The notes beneath the pieces are model-generated. The model made no database searches and was not told where the DNA came from. It was given only the letters and a program-made list of their open reading frames with translations. DNA of 64,000 nucleotides, from NCBI GenBank assembly GCA_965198225.1, contig CBDAOY010000006.1:192001-256000 (forward strand). The letters are read 5' to 3'. Numbering within the stretch: position 1 is the stretch's first letter; every line of letters starts with the position of its first letter. The position numbers were made by a program, and so were the translations under genes. Positions 19,634 through 30,437 of the stretch are shown one piece after another. The stretch comes from Terriglobia bacterium. Its GTDB lineage: Bacteria > Acidobacteriota > Terriglobia > 20CM-2-55-15.

Positions 19634-22567
19634 CTAAAACGTAAACTTCAGCCCCAACTGCGCCTGGAAGGGAGCCAGCGCGGCGCGGGCTTTCCGGAAG
19701 GTGGACGACCGCGCATTCCCGTTGAAATTCGACAGGTTCTGGGTGTTGAAAACGTTGAACATCTCCCAGAGAACTTCCACGTTTTTCGACTCGTCGAAGG
19801 CGAACTTCTTCCACAGACGCAGATCCATCTGGAAGTAATCGTCTCCTCTCAACGCGTTGAAACGGACTCCGGGTGGACGATCGTTTCGGATGAAATCCAA
19901 GTTGTCATCCCTGCCGGTCGTGTGGTTGTAAGGCGGGGCACTGTTTGCGGTCACGATCGATGAGATATTGATCTCATATGGGAAAGCGTAAATGACGTTG
20001 CCGGTAAACCGGTGCCGGACGTCGTTTTCCAGAGGTCCGAAATCCAGATCGTTGAACTTATCGTAAGCGTCGCCGGGCTGGGCGGGACCGAATGTCGCGC
20101 CGGAAAACTGCTTCCCATCGCCTATGGTGTAGCCCAGGAGGAAGCCGAGCCTGTCGGAAAACCTCCGTTCCAAACGTAACGACAGGGTGTTGATGTGGAT
20201 TCGATTCCCCTGATCCAGAGACAGGCGCATGCGCAGACACTCCGCGGCACCTGCCAGTTTGAGCCTGGCGCCGAACGGACACACCCTTTTCCCCCCAGTC
20301 TGGCTCAACGGAAGCGGCGCGTTCACGTTCCGGTTCATTCCGAACTTTAAGCCCAGAATGTGCGTGAAATCCGCGGAGAATGCCATGTCCGGAGTGATCG
20401 CGTACTGAACCCCGCCGTTGCTCTGCTGCGTGTAGGGCGTATTCCCTGTCGGACTGGGCACCGATGGGCGCCCGCTGGCCACGGCAGGGAGCTGGGCGGC
20501 ATTCGGTATGATCGGGAAGAAATCCGGGTTCGATACCTGGACGCTCTGTGTGATCAGGCCGTTGTAACCGAAAACGGTTCCCCTGAGCGTGATCGTGTTG
20601 ATCCGGTCGTGGAAAATCCCGTAGCTGGCGCGAACGACGGTCTTTCCGGTTCCCAATAGATCCCAGGAAAAACCGAAACGCGGAGACAGGTCCAGGGTGT
20701 CGTTGGGCGCCGGGCGCCAGTTCTGAACGCCAAGCGCGCCGGTCCCGCCAAGCGCCACGGCGATCCATACATCTTCGGGATGGTCACGCGAGAAGCCCGG
20801 TTGTTCGAACGGGTCCGGTCCACCAATGTCACCTTCGAACACCCGGAGGTCGTAGCGAAGCCCCATATTGAGAGTGAAATTCGGCCTCACCCGCCAGGTG
20901 TCGTTCACGAAGAAGGCGTACATGTCCAGATCGCGGCTCATGCTGGCGATCGTCGGATCCGACGTTTCGCCGCGGTCAAACCGCAAGTTAAAGCTGGCAC
21001 GGTAGCGAACGGGCTTTCCAAATTCGGCACAAGTGATTTCTTCGCACGTGAAGAGATACGATCCGTTAAAAACATTGTTCGAATCGACCAGCGCCTCGAC
21101 GTCGTTCATCTCGGCGCCCCACTTGAGGCCGTGGTTGCCGAACTGATGACTCATCGTATTGGCGAGAATCCAGTTCTTCTGGATGCGGCCCTGCGGAACG
21201 CTGTCCGAGGTCCCGATTTCTACCGATGGAAACACCAGTGTCGGCAGGAATTTTGTCGAACCCCCCGGCGCGCTCCGGAACAGTCGTTGGATGGAGCGGT
21301 TGAGGCGAAACTCGTTGACGATGCCCGTTCCAATCAATGACGTCACGTTCGCCGAAGCAAAGTAAGAACTGCTCAAGTCGTCGAAGCCGCCGTCGGCCGC
21401 GATAGACGAGTTCACGTCCTTGTTGAATTCGTCGTTGTCGTCGTAGAGATACGTCAGGTTCAGTGTATTTGACGGGTTGAGGTTGAAGCTGAGTTTGCCG
21501 ACTGCGTTGATCTCCTCCCTGTTCTGAGGAACAACGCGGCTCGTGTCGTAGCCCAGGTTGAGAGAATTGACGAACGATTCCACGTCGTCGGGTATCGTCA
21601 CTTCCGTACTCGTGTCCTGGACCTGACGCTCGACGGAACCGAAAAAGAACGCCCGATCGTGGGCGATCGGTCCACCGATGGTTCCGCCGAACTGCTGCTT
21701 TTTCCGCTGGGGCGGATCGGAGACGGGTCCGGCGACTCCGTTGCGCACGATGAAAGGTGGTCTGTCGAAGGAATCGTCTCGCAGGAAATAGAAACCGCTC
21801 CCATGGAGGTCGTTTCCGCCCGACTTGATCACGACGTTGACGGCCCCCGTAGCCGTTCGACCAAACTCGGCCGAATAGCCCGACGACATCACCTGGAATT
21901 CCTGAATCGCTTCCTGGCCGAGCCGCGTTCGTGTGGAGCGAGAGATGTTCGTCCCGCCCGTCGTCACCTCGTCGTTGAAATCGACACCTTCCAGCCAGAT
22001 ACTCTTGTACTGCTCCCCCATGCCGAAGAAGCTGACCGAATCGGTGGTATCCCTTCGAACTGACGACTGGTCTAGCGTGACGCCCGGCGCCAGCAGCATC
22101 AGATCCATGAAATCACGGTTCCGGAGCGGCAGTTCCTCGACCCGCTGGTTGTCGATGACGGTTCGGATTGTGTTCTGGGTCGTCTGCACCAGAGGCGCGA
22201 CTTCGGTCACCGTGACCGATTCGGTAACCTGCCCGACCTCCAGTTGAAAGTCGACCTTCACTTCGCCTGCCACCGGCAGGGTGATGCCGGGTCGCGTCAT
22301 GGACCGAAATCCGCTGAGCTCCACCGACACCGTGTACCGGTCCGGCGCGAGTCCGCTGAATCGGAACGAGCCGGTTTCATTTGTGAGGGTTTCGCGAGAG
22401 GCTCCCGTCCGTTCGTTTGACGCACGGAGGGTCGCACCCGGAAGCACTGCGCCGGACGGATCGGAAACGTCGCCGAGAATTGAGCCGGTTGTCGACTGTG
22501 CCAAGGCGTTGGGCGCCAGAGTCAGGACCGCGATGGCTGTTACGAGAAGACTTCGAAGACGATGCAT
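19634..22567 (-). CDS. TonB-dependent receptor (Oar-like, N-terminal carboxypeptidase-regulatory domain)
   Basis: Signal peptide, GDVSDPSGAVLPGA, EAIQEFQV..YSAEFG, LSPRFGFSWD, C-terminal QLGLKFTF. Confidence 0.93.
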   Translation of the reverse strand: MHRLRSLLVTAIAVLTLAPNALAQSTTGSILGDVSDPSGAVLPGATLRASNERTGASRETLTNETGSFRFSGLAPDRYTVSVELSGFRSMTRPGITLPVAGEVKVDFQLEVGQVTESVTVTEVAPLVQTTQNTIRTVIDNQRVEELPLRNRDFMDLMLLAPGVTLDQSSVRRDTTDSVSFFGMGEQYKSIWLEGVDFNDEVTTGGTNISRSTRTRLGQEAIQEFQVMSSGYSAEFGRTATGAVNVVIKSGGNDLHGSGFYFLRDDSFDRPPFIVRNGVAGPVSDPPQRKKQQFGGTIGGPIAHDRAFFFGSVERQVQDTSTEVTIPDDVESFVNSLNLGYDTSRVVPQNREEINAVGKLSFNLNPSNTLNLTYLYDDNDEFNKDVNSSIAADGGFDDLSSSYFASANVTSLIGTGIVNEFRLNRSIQRLFRSAPGGSTKFLPTLVFPSVEIGTSDSVPQGRIQKNWILANTMSHQFGNHGLKWGAEMNDVEALVDSNNVFNGSYLFTCEEITCAEFGKPVRYRASFNLRFDRGETSDPTIASMSRDLDMYAFFVNDTWRVRPNFTLNMGLRYDLRVFEGDIGGPDPFEQPGFSRDHPEDVWIAVALGGTGALGVQNWRPAPNDTLDLSPRFGFSWDLLGTGKTVVRASYGIFHDRINTITLRGTVFGYNGLITQSVQVSNPDFFPIIPNAAQLPAVASGRPSVPSPTGNTPYTQQSNGGVQYAITPDMAFSADFTHILGLKFGMNRNVNAPLPLSQTGGKRVCPFGARLKLAGAAECLRMRLSLDQGNRIHINTLSLRLERRFSDRLGFLLGYTIGDGKQFSGATFGPAQPGDAYDKFNDLDFGPLENDVRHRFTGNVIYAFPYEINISSIVTANSAPPYNHTTGRDDNLDFIRNDRPPGVRFNALRGDDYFQMDLRLWKKFAFDESKNVEVLWEMFNVFNTQNLSNFNGNARSSTFRKARAALAPFQAQLGLKFTF

Positions 22568-22587
22568 TGGAACCTGGGGGTGTTTCC

Positions 22588-22632
22588 TGTAGGTGCGCTC
22601 TATGTGAGCGCACAGAGCGTTGCGCACCTACA
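22588..22632. repeat. Compact/degenerate REPIN upstream of the receptor start
   Basis: TGTAGGTGCGCTCTATGTGAGCGCACA-GAGCGT-TGCGCACCTACA. Confidence 0.8.
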
Positions 22633-22660
22633 GTGTAATAACTGCTTTCCTGTCGCCAAG

Positions 22661-22703
22661 AAAAAAGAGCATTCCAGCCCCGACGAGCGAGGCTGGAATG
22701 CTC
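22661..22703 (-). terminator. Rho-independent terminator after the upstream TonB-dependent receptor
   Basis: Minus strand GAGCATTCCAGCC...GGCTGGAATGCTC followed by TTTTTT. Confidence 0.85.
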
Positions 22704-22735
22704 CTGCCAAAAGCTAACTGCTAACAGCTAACCGT

Positions 22736-25715
22736 TTAGAACGTCAGCCGGAGTCCGAACTGACCCTGGAACTGGCCGCTGGGCACGACGCCTCGAGCGT
22801 TATTTGCACTCGACGAACGCTGGTTCCCCTGGAAGTTCACCAGGTTGGCTCGGTTGCCGAGGTTGAACATCTCCCACAGAACCTCGGCGGTCACATCTTC
22901 ATTGACCACGAACTTCTTGGTCAGACGCAGGTCGAGCTGCAAGAAGTTGGCGCCCCGCCCCGTCCAGGAACCGCCGCCCGCAGGCCGATCGTTCCGGCTG
23001 AAATCGAAGTTGTCGTCCCGACCGGTCGTGATGTCGTACGGCGGTGAACTGTTGGCCGTAAAGATCGACGAAACCTGCACGTCAAAGGGCAGCCCGTAGA
23101 TGATGTTACCCGTGAACCGGTGCCGCACGTCGTTGTCGGTCGGACCGAAGTTGGCTTCACCGAATTTCTCGTGAGTCGAGACGCGGTCGAAGTTCTTCGC
23201 CGAGCCGAGCGTGTAGCCGGCCAGGAAACCGAAGTTGTTCGTAAACCGCCGCTCCAGCCGGAAACCCAAGGTGTTGATGTGCGTACGGTTGGAGAAGTCC
23301 AGGATCTGGATGCGCAGGCAGCCGCCGCTGGACGAACGCAGTGCGGAAGCCGTCGGCGTGCGGCCGGCGGCCGCCAGGATCTGCGCCGCAAACGGGCAGA
23401 CCCGCGTTGAAGACGACGTGGCGCCCGGGAGCGGCGAGTTCGGCTCGAAAGTGGCCGTGTCGTAGAACAGACCCAGGATGTGCATGAAGTCGACCGAGAA
23501 CGCCATATCCGGTGTGATCGCGTACTGGAAGCCCGCGTTCGACTGCTGGGTGTAGGGCGTGTTCATCGTCGGCGTCGGAGCGTCCGGCGTCCCGCTCAAT
23601 CTGATACCTGTCGTTCCCGGCAGCAGGCTTGTATCGATCAGCCTCGGGAAATTCCCCTGGATGATCGCGTTCTCTGCCGCGTCATCGTCGTTCAGCTGCG
23701 TCCCCGAAGTCAACAATCCGTTGTAGCTGAAGACACGGCTCCGCAGTGTGCTGGAGTTAATCCGATCGTGGTAGAGGCCGTAGCTGGCCCGAACGACCGC
23801 GCGGCCGTTCCCGCTGACGTCCCAGGAGAAGCCGAACCGCGGCGACAGATCCAGGTTGTCCTCGACACCCGGCCGCCAGTCTGTCTGGCGCCCGAGCGCG
23901 CCGCCACCGACCGCGACGGCAACCCAGACGTCCTGGGGGCGATCCCTTGAGAACCCAGGCTGCTCGAACGCGTCCGGACCGCCGATCGACGACACACCGG
24001 GGACGCCGAGGTAGGTCCGCTTGTCGTAGCGCAGACCCATGTTGATCGTGAAGCGCGGCGTCACCCGCCACGTGTCATTGATAAAGGCGGCGTAAGACGC
24101 GACGTCGCGCCGGATGCTGATGAACGTCGGGTCGGCAATCTCTCCGCGCTGGAACGGCAGGTTGAAGTTCGCCGTGTAGCGGTCCGGGACCGTGGCCGTG
24201 TCGGAAGGGAACCGGTAGATGCCCTGGAACGTCACGTTGGCATCGGCGGTCGCCACGACACGGTTGGACTCCCCTCCCCACTTCAGCGAGTGGTTACCGA
24301 ACTCCCAGCTCATCGTGTCGGCGAAGATCCAGTTCTTCTGGACCCTTCCCTGAGGAACGTTGCCGGCCGTTCCGAAGTCGACCGACGGGAAGTCCAGTTC
24401 GGGAATGAAGCCGCCCGTCGCACTGGCCTGCAGGCTGCGGAACAGGCGCTGGATCGAGCGATTCGTGCGAAACTCGTTCACCACGCTGTTGCCGAACAGC
24501 GATGTCACGTTCGCGGTGGCGTTGTAAGAGCTACGGACGTCGTCGAACCCGTTGGCCTGGCCTGCCTGCTTGTTGCTGAACTCCCGATCGTCGTAGAGGT
24601 ACATCAGGTTCAGCGTGTGCTCGGGCGCGAGGTTGAACGTGAACTTGCCCACGACGTTCCTCTCATCCGCTTCCAGGGGTAGTGAACTGCTGGTGTCGTA
24701 GCCGGCGTTCAGAGAGTCCACAAAGGCCTTCACCGAATCCGGAATGGTGATCTGCACGCTGTTCTCGTCCGTCCGCCGCTCGAGCGACGTGAAGAAGAAA
24801 GCCCTGTCGCGAACGAAAGGACCGCCTACCGTCACCCCGTACTGCTGAGTCTTGAATGGCAGCGCGTTGGTGTCCGGCTCGGCCTTGCCACTTCTTATCC
24901 TGAATGGGTCCTTGTCGAACGCGTCGTCACGGAGGAAATAGAATCCACTGCCGTGGACCTGATTTCCACGACTTCACCACCACGTTGATCGCACCGGAGC
25001 CGGTCCGGCCGAACTCGGCCGAGTAACCCGACGACATCACCTGGAACTCCTGAATGGCTTCCTGTCCCAGGCGCGTCCGGGTCGCTTCGGAAATACCCGA
25101 GCCACCCATCGTCACCTCGTCGTTGAAATCCACGCCTTCGAGCCAGACCGTCTTGTTCCGCTCGTCCATGCCGTAGAAGCTGACCGAGTCGCTGTTTCCG
25201 CCGCGGAACGAACTCTGGTCGATCGTCACTCCCGGTGACAGCAGCATCAGATCCATGAAGTCGCGGCTCTTGGTCGGCAGCTCCTGGACTCTCTGGTTGT
25301 CGACGACAGCCTGAATCGTGTTTTCCGTTGTCTGGACCAGCGGCGCTTCTCCGGTCACCGTGATCGACTCGGCGATCTGTCCGACCTCAAGCTGAAAATC
25401 GACTTTGGTCGTTCCGCCGACCGCCAAGGTCACGCTTGGCCGTGTCGCGGTCCGGAACCCCGGAAACTCGACGGTGACGCTGTAGCCTGCTGGGGCCAGG
25501 CCCGAAAACCGGAAAGCGCCCACCTCGTTGGTCAACGCCTCACGGGTCGCGCCCGTGGCGTTGTTGGTGATTCGGACCGTCGCGCCCGGCAACACTGCGC
25601 CGGACAGATCCGACACGTCACCCAGGACTGACCCGGTGGTCGACTGCGCCATCACCGACGGCGCAAGCGCCAGTACCGTAACCAGCGCCAAAACTGTAAA
25701 TCGTAAGCGATTCAT
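22736..25715 (-). pseudogene. Second TonB-dependent receptor paralog, split by a 2-nt deletion near 24968-24969 (pseudogene or sequencing error)
   Basis: AAG TCG T GGA AAT CAG restores KS[G]GNQVHGSGFYFLRDD, matching paralog KSGGNDLHGSGFYFLRDD; ends QFGLRLTF. Confidence 0.85.
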
Positions 25716-25878
25716 TGAACCTCCACTATCAGCCCGAAACGGACTGCAGCTTCTCTTGTGTCATTGAGATAAATGGACGATTGCTGCGCAAAGCTAAAGA
25801 AACCGGACAATTTGCGTGATAAAGACGACCAAAAACTATACCAATTCGTATGGGTTGTAGCAATTGTCCCGACATCTG

Positions 25879-25900
25879 GGTAATGGTCTAGACCATTACC
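25879..25900. promoter_or_regulatory. Perfect 22-bp palindrome, GntR/HutC-type (DasR/NagR-like) operator
   Basis: GGTAATGGTCTAGACCATTACC about 165 bp upstream of the receptor gene; related site AATTGGTATAG on the minus strand at ~25836-25846. Confidence 0.7.
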
Positions 25901-26175
25901 GACATCTGGTGTTACGCGGGAGTTTGAGTGGACCCCGCTAATGCACGGTTTACTGGCAATCGACTTACCAAACAAGGCCAAGCGTTTTCATACGGTTGAG
26001 ACGATGGAGCGGACTGAAATACGGATTTTGGGATACAGAATACCAAAAACTGAATATGTGGGCTCTTTGTCGGCACACAGGTATACGGCTGCGGATCCGT
26101 AGTGCGGTACAGCCGAGAGCATTAAACCAATGAAAGGAAAAGGGCCTGCTTGCCTGCGAATGAGGAAAAAGAAGG

Positions 26176-26315
26176 AACCACGGAGGCACAGAGGCACGGA
26201 GTTTCTGTTTCTGTCTTCGCGCCGGCCGGGAAGGTTGCTCTTTTCAACACGAAGACACGGAAAGACGAAGAAGAGAAATCTGTTCAGACCTCCGTGCCTC
26301 CGCGCCTCCGTGGTT
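26176..26315. repeat. Nonamer-periodic inverted repeat (CACGGAGGC-type)
   Basis: aaccacggaggcacagaggcacggag ... ctccgtgcctccgcgcctccgtggtt. Confidence 0.8.
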
Positions 26316-26413
26316 AAAAAAATCGCCTTAAACGGAAGGAAGGGCGAGCCCTGGGGGTTGTAGGGCTCACCCTACTCCTTTCGTCGGAGACAAACTCCGT
26401 TCCTGCGTTTAGG

Positions 26414-28453
26414 CTAGCGGTTCTGCCTGTCGGAAGTGGTCCCGGATCCCCGTTTGTGCTTGTCGAACCAGTAGCGCAGGTAGAGGTGCGTTCTCATGAA
26501 GTTCGACGGTTTGGAGGTCGTCCCGTGCCACTCGGCATTAAACCGGACCATCGCAGTCGGAACTTTCAGGTACTTCAGAGCGCTGTAGAACTGCTCGGTC
26601 TGGGGCATGGGCGTCCGCAGGTCATTCACACCGGTCATCAGCATCGTCGGCGTGGTCACGTTGCCGACGTAGGTGAGCGGCGAGCGCCGGATGTGCTCGC
26701 TCGGGTCTTCCCAGGGAAGCTTGTCGAAGTTCCGGTACCAGTTCGCCCCGTCTGTCGTACCGACAAAACTTACCCAATCGACAACAGGGCAGTTCGCCGA
26801 CGCAGCCGCGAAACGGTCGGTGTGTCCGACCACCCAGGCGGTGAGGACCCCGCCACCGCTGCACCCGGTGACGAACAGGTTCTGCTCGTCGATGAAACCC
26901 TTCTCGATCAGAGAGTCGACGCCGGCCATCAGGTCGTCGTAGTCCCTGCTCGGGTAAGCCCTCATGATCTCGTTGCCGAACGAGCTGCCGTATCCGGAAC
27001 TGCCCCTCGGGTTCGTGTAAAGAATCACGTAGTCGTTCGCGGCTTGCTCCTGCCAGCCGAAATTGAAGCCCACGTTGTACATGCCGTGGGGACCGCCGTG
27101 GATGTGGAGTTGCATCGGGTACTTCCGCTCCGGGTCGAAGTCGGGCGGGGTGATGTACCAGCCCTGGATCTCCAGGCCGCCGGTGGACGTGTATTTGATC
27201 TCCTGAACGTCGGCGAGCTGGATATCGGCCAGGATGTCGTCGTTGACGGCGGTGAGCTGGGCGATCTCGGACGGACTCTCGACATGGAACCGGATGATGT
27301 CGGCGGGCTTGTGGAAACTCGTGAGGATGCCGACAGCCGTACCGGACGGGTGGATGTCGGTCGTCGTGAGCATGTGGTCGCCCGTCGTGACGGGCCGAAC
27401 CTCTCCGGCGCCGGGGCCATCGACGGGAAGGAAGTAGAGGTTCCGGGTACCGGAATCGCTCGCCGTGAAATAGACGCCCGTGCTGCCGGCGTTCCAGGAG
27501 ATGCTCGAAGGCGACCGATCCCAATCGCCCGAAGCGAGATGTAGATCCGATCCATCGCTGTTGACGACGTAGACCTTGCGTTCGACGAACGTGTCTCTGG
27601 TCCAGTCGTATCCAGCGTAGGCTATCCTGCGTCCGTCTGGTGAAACGACCGGGCCGCTGTCGGGCCCATGATGGTCTGTGATCTGCCGGATCTCGCGCCT
27701 ATCGACGTCGACGGCGTAGATGTGGCTCTCACGCCACTGGTACTCCGCATCGTCGGCACGAAGACCGCTGAAGAGGATGCTCCTGCCGTCGGGCGTCCAC
27801 TCGACTGAAGAATGATTGAAGTCCCCCGACGTCAACTGCCGCGGCGTACCGCCGCTGGCGGGGACGACGAAGATGTGGCGGTAGCCGGTGTCGGTGAAGC
27901 CCTGTCGGTCCCGCCGGTAGTTCAGCCGCTCGACGATTTTCGGCGTCTCGGTCCACTTGGCGCCATCAGGTCGGGGGGGCAGGTCGATCGACCAGAGGTT
28001 CTTGTCTTCGACCGTCATCGTGAAACCGATCTGTTTGCCGTCGGGAGACCACTCGATGGCTCCCGGAGCCTTATCGACGTGCGTGATTTGTGAAACCGCT
28101 CCCTCGCCGTCCATCCAGCGAACGAAAATCTGCGCCCCCTTCGGCTCGCCGGAAGCCGTGAAAGCGATGCGGTCGCCGCTGGGCGACCAACGGGCGTTCG
28201 ACCCATCAATCAAGAAACGGTTTCGGCCGCCGTCGGCGTCCATGATCCAGAGAGACGATTCCCGGCTGTCGTTGACTTTGTCCGTCCACTGTCTGGTGTA
28301 GATGATCTGGCTCCCGTCCGGCGAGATCTGAGGACCCGACACCCGTTCCATTTCCAGGTACAGATCCAGCGATAGCCTGTCGTCCGACTGTCCAAATGAC
28401 ACGGTCGGCACGACCAGGAGAACAAGAATCCAGATGGGTACGCGTTTACACAT
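26414..28453 (-). CDS. S9-family peptidase (beta-propeller plus prolyl-oligopeptidase domain), secreted
   Basis: Signal peptide, WSPDG repeats, IHGGPH, NPRGSSGYG, nucleophile GCSGGG, DLRTP, EWHG. Confidence 0.92.
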   Translation of the reverse strand: MCKRVPIWILVLLVVPTVSFGQSDDRLSLDLYLEMERVSGPQISPDGSQIIYTRQWTDKVNDSRESSLWIMDADGGRNRFLIDGSNARWSPSGDRIAFTASGEPKGAQIFVRWMDGEGAVSQITHVDKAPGAIEWSPDGKQIGFTMTVEDKNLWSIDLPPRPDGAKWTETPKIVERLNYRRDRQGFTDTGYRHIFVVPASGGTPRQLTSGDFNHSSVEWTPDGRSILFSGLRADDAEYQWRESHIYAVDVDRREIRQITDHHGPDSGPVVSPDGRRIAYAGYDWTRDTFVERKVYVVNSDGSDLHLASGDWDRSPSSISWNAGSTGVYFTASDSGTRNLYFLPVDGPGAGEVRPVTTGDHMLTTTDIHPSGTAVGILTSFHKPADIIRFHVESPSEIAQLTAVNDDILADIQLADVQEIKYTSTGGLEIQGWYITPPDFDPERKYPMQLHIHGGPHGMYNVGFNFGWQEQAANDYVILYTNPRGSSGYGSSFGNEIMRAYPSRDYDDLMAGVDSLIEKGFIDEQNLFVTGCSGGGVLTAWVVGHTDRFAAASANCPVVDWVSFVGTTDGANWYRNFDKLPWEDPSEHIRRSPLTYVGNVTTPTMLMTGVNDLRTPMPQTEQFYSALKYLKVPTAMVRFNAEWHGTTSKPSNFMRTHLYLRYWFDKHKRGSGTTSDRQNR

Positions 28454-28569
28454 GATGGTCTCCCCCTAGTTGCGATGAACTTCCTGACCTTACTACTGCC
28501 GATAGGATCAATAGTCAAGAAAAGCAGGGCGGTGATTTTTGGAAGGCGAGGTTCGGAACGCCGGAGAGG

Positions 28570-29589
28570 CTATCGGCGAAGCAGGCGTGTCTCGGGGTAG
28601 AAGGTCTTCCACGCAAACCAGTAGGATAACGTGACAGGTATTTCCACGAGCTGCTGTCCCTCGGCCGGGCCGCTCAGCGCCCTTCCTGTAGCGCCGTCCC
28701 ACTTCGAACCGGTCGGGCCGTCCGTGACGAGCATGCGACCGCTTTCGCCGGCCTCGAGAGACCACTCCGCCAGCTCCGTCAGGAAGATCCTGGCGGTCCT
28801 CCGATCGGGTGTTCCCACGACCAGAACCCGCCGGTCTCCGGCAAGCACGCTCAGGATTGGGACCGAGGACAGTTCTGCGAGTGGCACGGCGAAAGACACT
28901 CCGCCGATGACGAACGTCGCAACCCTGGCTTTCGGATCGATAGCATTCGACCGAAAGCGCAACGTCTGTGTCACGCCGACCTGCCGGCTGCTGTGGTATC
29001 TCGCATACCCATTTCCCATCCCATCCAGACGACCATTCACGCGCTTGGATAGCACGAGCGTCTTCGGGTGCAGCGCGACCCACTGGCCCCAGGTCATCAT
29101 GCTGGAAGGAAGCATTTCCAGTTGAGCGTCCTCCATTGGGCCCTGTATCGCCCGGCCGTAGGCCTGCGCCCAGAGGGAATCAGTTTGGCGATCGTACATG
29201 ATCAGGTTCTCGCGCCAGAGGCGTCCTGAGACGCCGAAAGTCAGCTCCCTGTCACCAACGGTTCGGACATACACGATGCCCGTGTAGCAGAGCGGTCACC
29301 ACGTGACCGCGATCGCCGCAGAACCGATCTTGTCATTGACGATCTCGTGGCTGTCGAGCAGCCATGTCGAGTAGGCCTTTGCCTGTCCTCCGTCGAAGAC
29401 ACCGATGACCAACTCTTCATCGCTCATGAAGTCGGCCTCTTTGGCCGACACGAAAACCGGTTCGTCGATGGCTGGAATCGCGTCCTTTCCGAGGACGCGG
29501 ATCATGGGATCGCCGTCGACGAGGACGGAGTCCGGAGACTGGAACAGGGTCATCGCGACAACGGCAACGACCGCGGCGAGCTTTGTCAT
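28570..29589 (-). CDS. DUF3179-family selenoprotein (UxxC) with in-frame UGA at 29296-29298
   Basis: DAIPAIDEP..HEIVND..AVTW-TGA-PLCYTG..FGVSGRLWRENLIMYDRQTDSLWAQ..YWFAW; the two ORF-track ORFs share one frame. Confidence 0.88.
29264..29282 (-). promoter_or_regulatory. Bacterial SECIS hairpin
   Basis: mRNA CGGGCAU-CGUGU-AUGUCCG; 7-bp stem starts 13 nt after the UGA, G at loop position 2. Confidence 0.7.
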
Positions 29590-29788
29590 ATACCCCAGGA
29601 TGATACATGTCATTCGAGACGCACTGTAACTCCCATTACGGTGAATGCAGGATGGGATGGCAGGCCGGTATGGGAACGTTGCCCGGAGTCGACGCGGCCG
29701 ACGTGCATGCACTGCCGGACCCGATGGCCAAGATGATGATGGAAATGCGCAACATGCAGAAGGGCGGGCGCTGAGAAGTAGTCAGTGG

Positions 29789-29813
29789 TGTAGGTGCGGT
29801 GTATGACCGCACA
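29789..29813 (+). repeat. GTAG-type REP
   Basis: TGTAGGTGCGGTGTATGACCGCACA. Confidence 0.8.
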
Positions 29814-29960
29814 CGTTTGCGCGTGACGGACGTCTGTGCGCTAGATCGAGGAGTTGCTCGGCAATACACCGAGTTTGTCGAAGACGAAATCCCGAGCGCC
29901 ACACCTTAGCCACCGGTGGCTGTTGACTCCCGGACCGCAAAGGCCGCGCATCCGACGACC

Positions 29961-30257
29961 TCAGAACAGTGCCCGTATCTCGTCCTGCAGGACTTCCTTC
30001 TGAATGAGATCGACGTGCCTGTGGCGCACCGCTCCTTCCCGATCCAGGATGAAGGTAGTAGGAATAGCGTAGACGCCCCCGACCTCGGCCTCGATGTCGC
30101 CGTCGGAAAGCAGGATGGTGTAGTTGACGCCGAGTTCCGCGACCAGTCCAGAGATCGCACCCCCGCTGTCCGGATCGGTCGCGATTCCGATGATCTGAAA
30201 CGTCTTCCTCCGAAGCAGGAGACCAACCCCCGGAATGTGAGGCGGACTACAAACCAC
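29961..30257 (-). pseudogene. TlpA/redoxin-family thioredoxin-fold protein, C-terminal half only
   Basis: FQIIGIATD..LGVNYTIL..GGVYAIPTTFILDREG; no CxxC N-terminus, in-frame stops upstream. Confidence 0.65.
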
Positions 30258-30363
30258 CGAACTTCATCAATTGTCAGACGGGAGCAATTCCAAATCGTTT
30301 GCCTGTCGACGTGCAACCTCCTGGAGCCTCCACGGCGAGGACCAATGGTTTCAGAGCCGGGAT

Positions 30364-30429
30364 TAACCACGGAGGCGCGAAGACGCGGAGGCGGAACAGA
30401 AACTCCGTGCCTCTGTGCCTCCGTGGTTA
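30364..30429. repeat. Nonamer-periodic inverted repeat after thrS
   Basis: taaccacggaggcgcgaagacgcggag ... ctccgtgcctctgtgcctccgtggtta. Confidence 0.8.
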
Positions 30430-30437
30430 TTCCTTCT

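Noticed and set aside
29823-29909. Short peptide DRGVARQYTEFVE after a REP as a RAYT transposase remnant
   Set aside because: Too short, no HUH or catalytic Tyr motif; the resemblance is only impressionistic
30257-30340. UGA-recoded N-terminus for the TlpA fragment
   Set aside because: Tandem in-frame TGA TGA upstream, and no W-U/C-x-x-C motif recoverable in any frame
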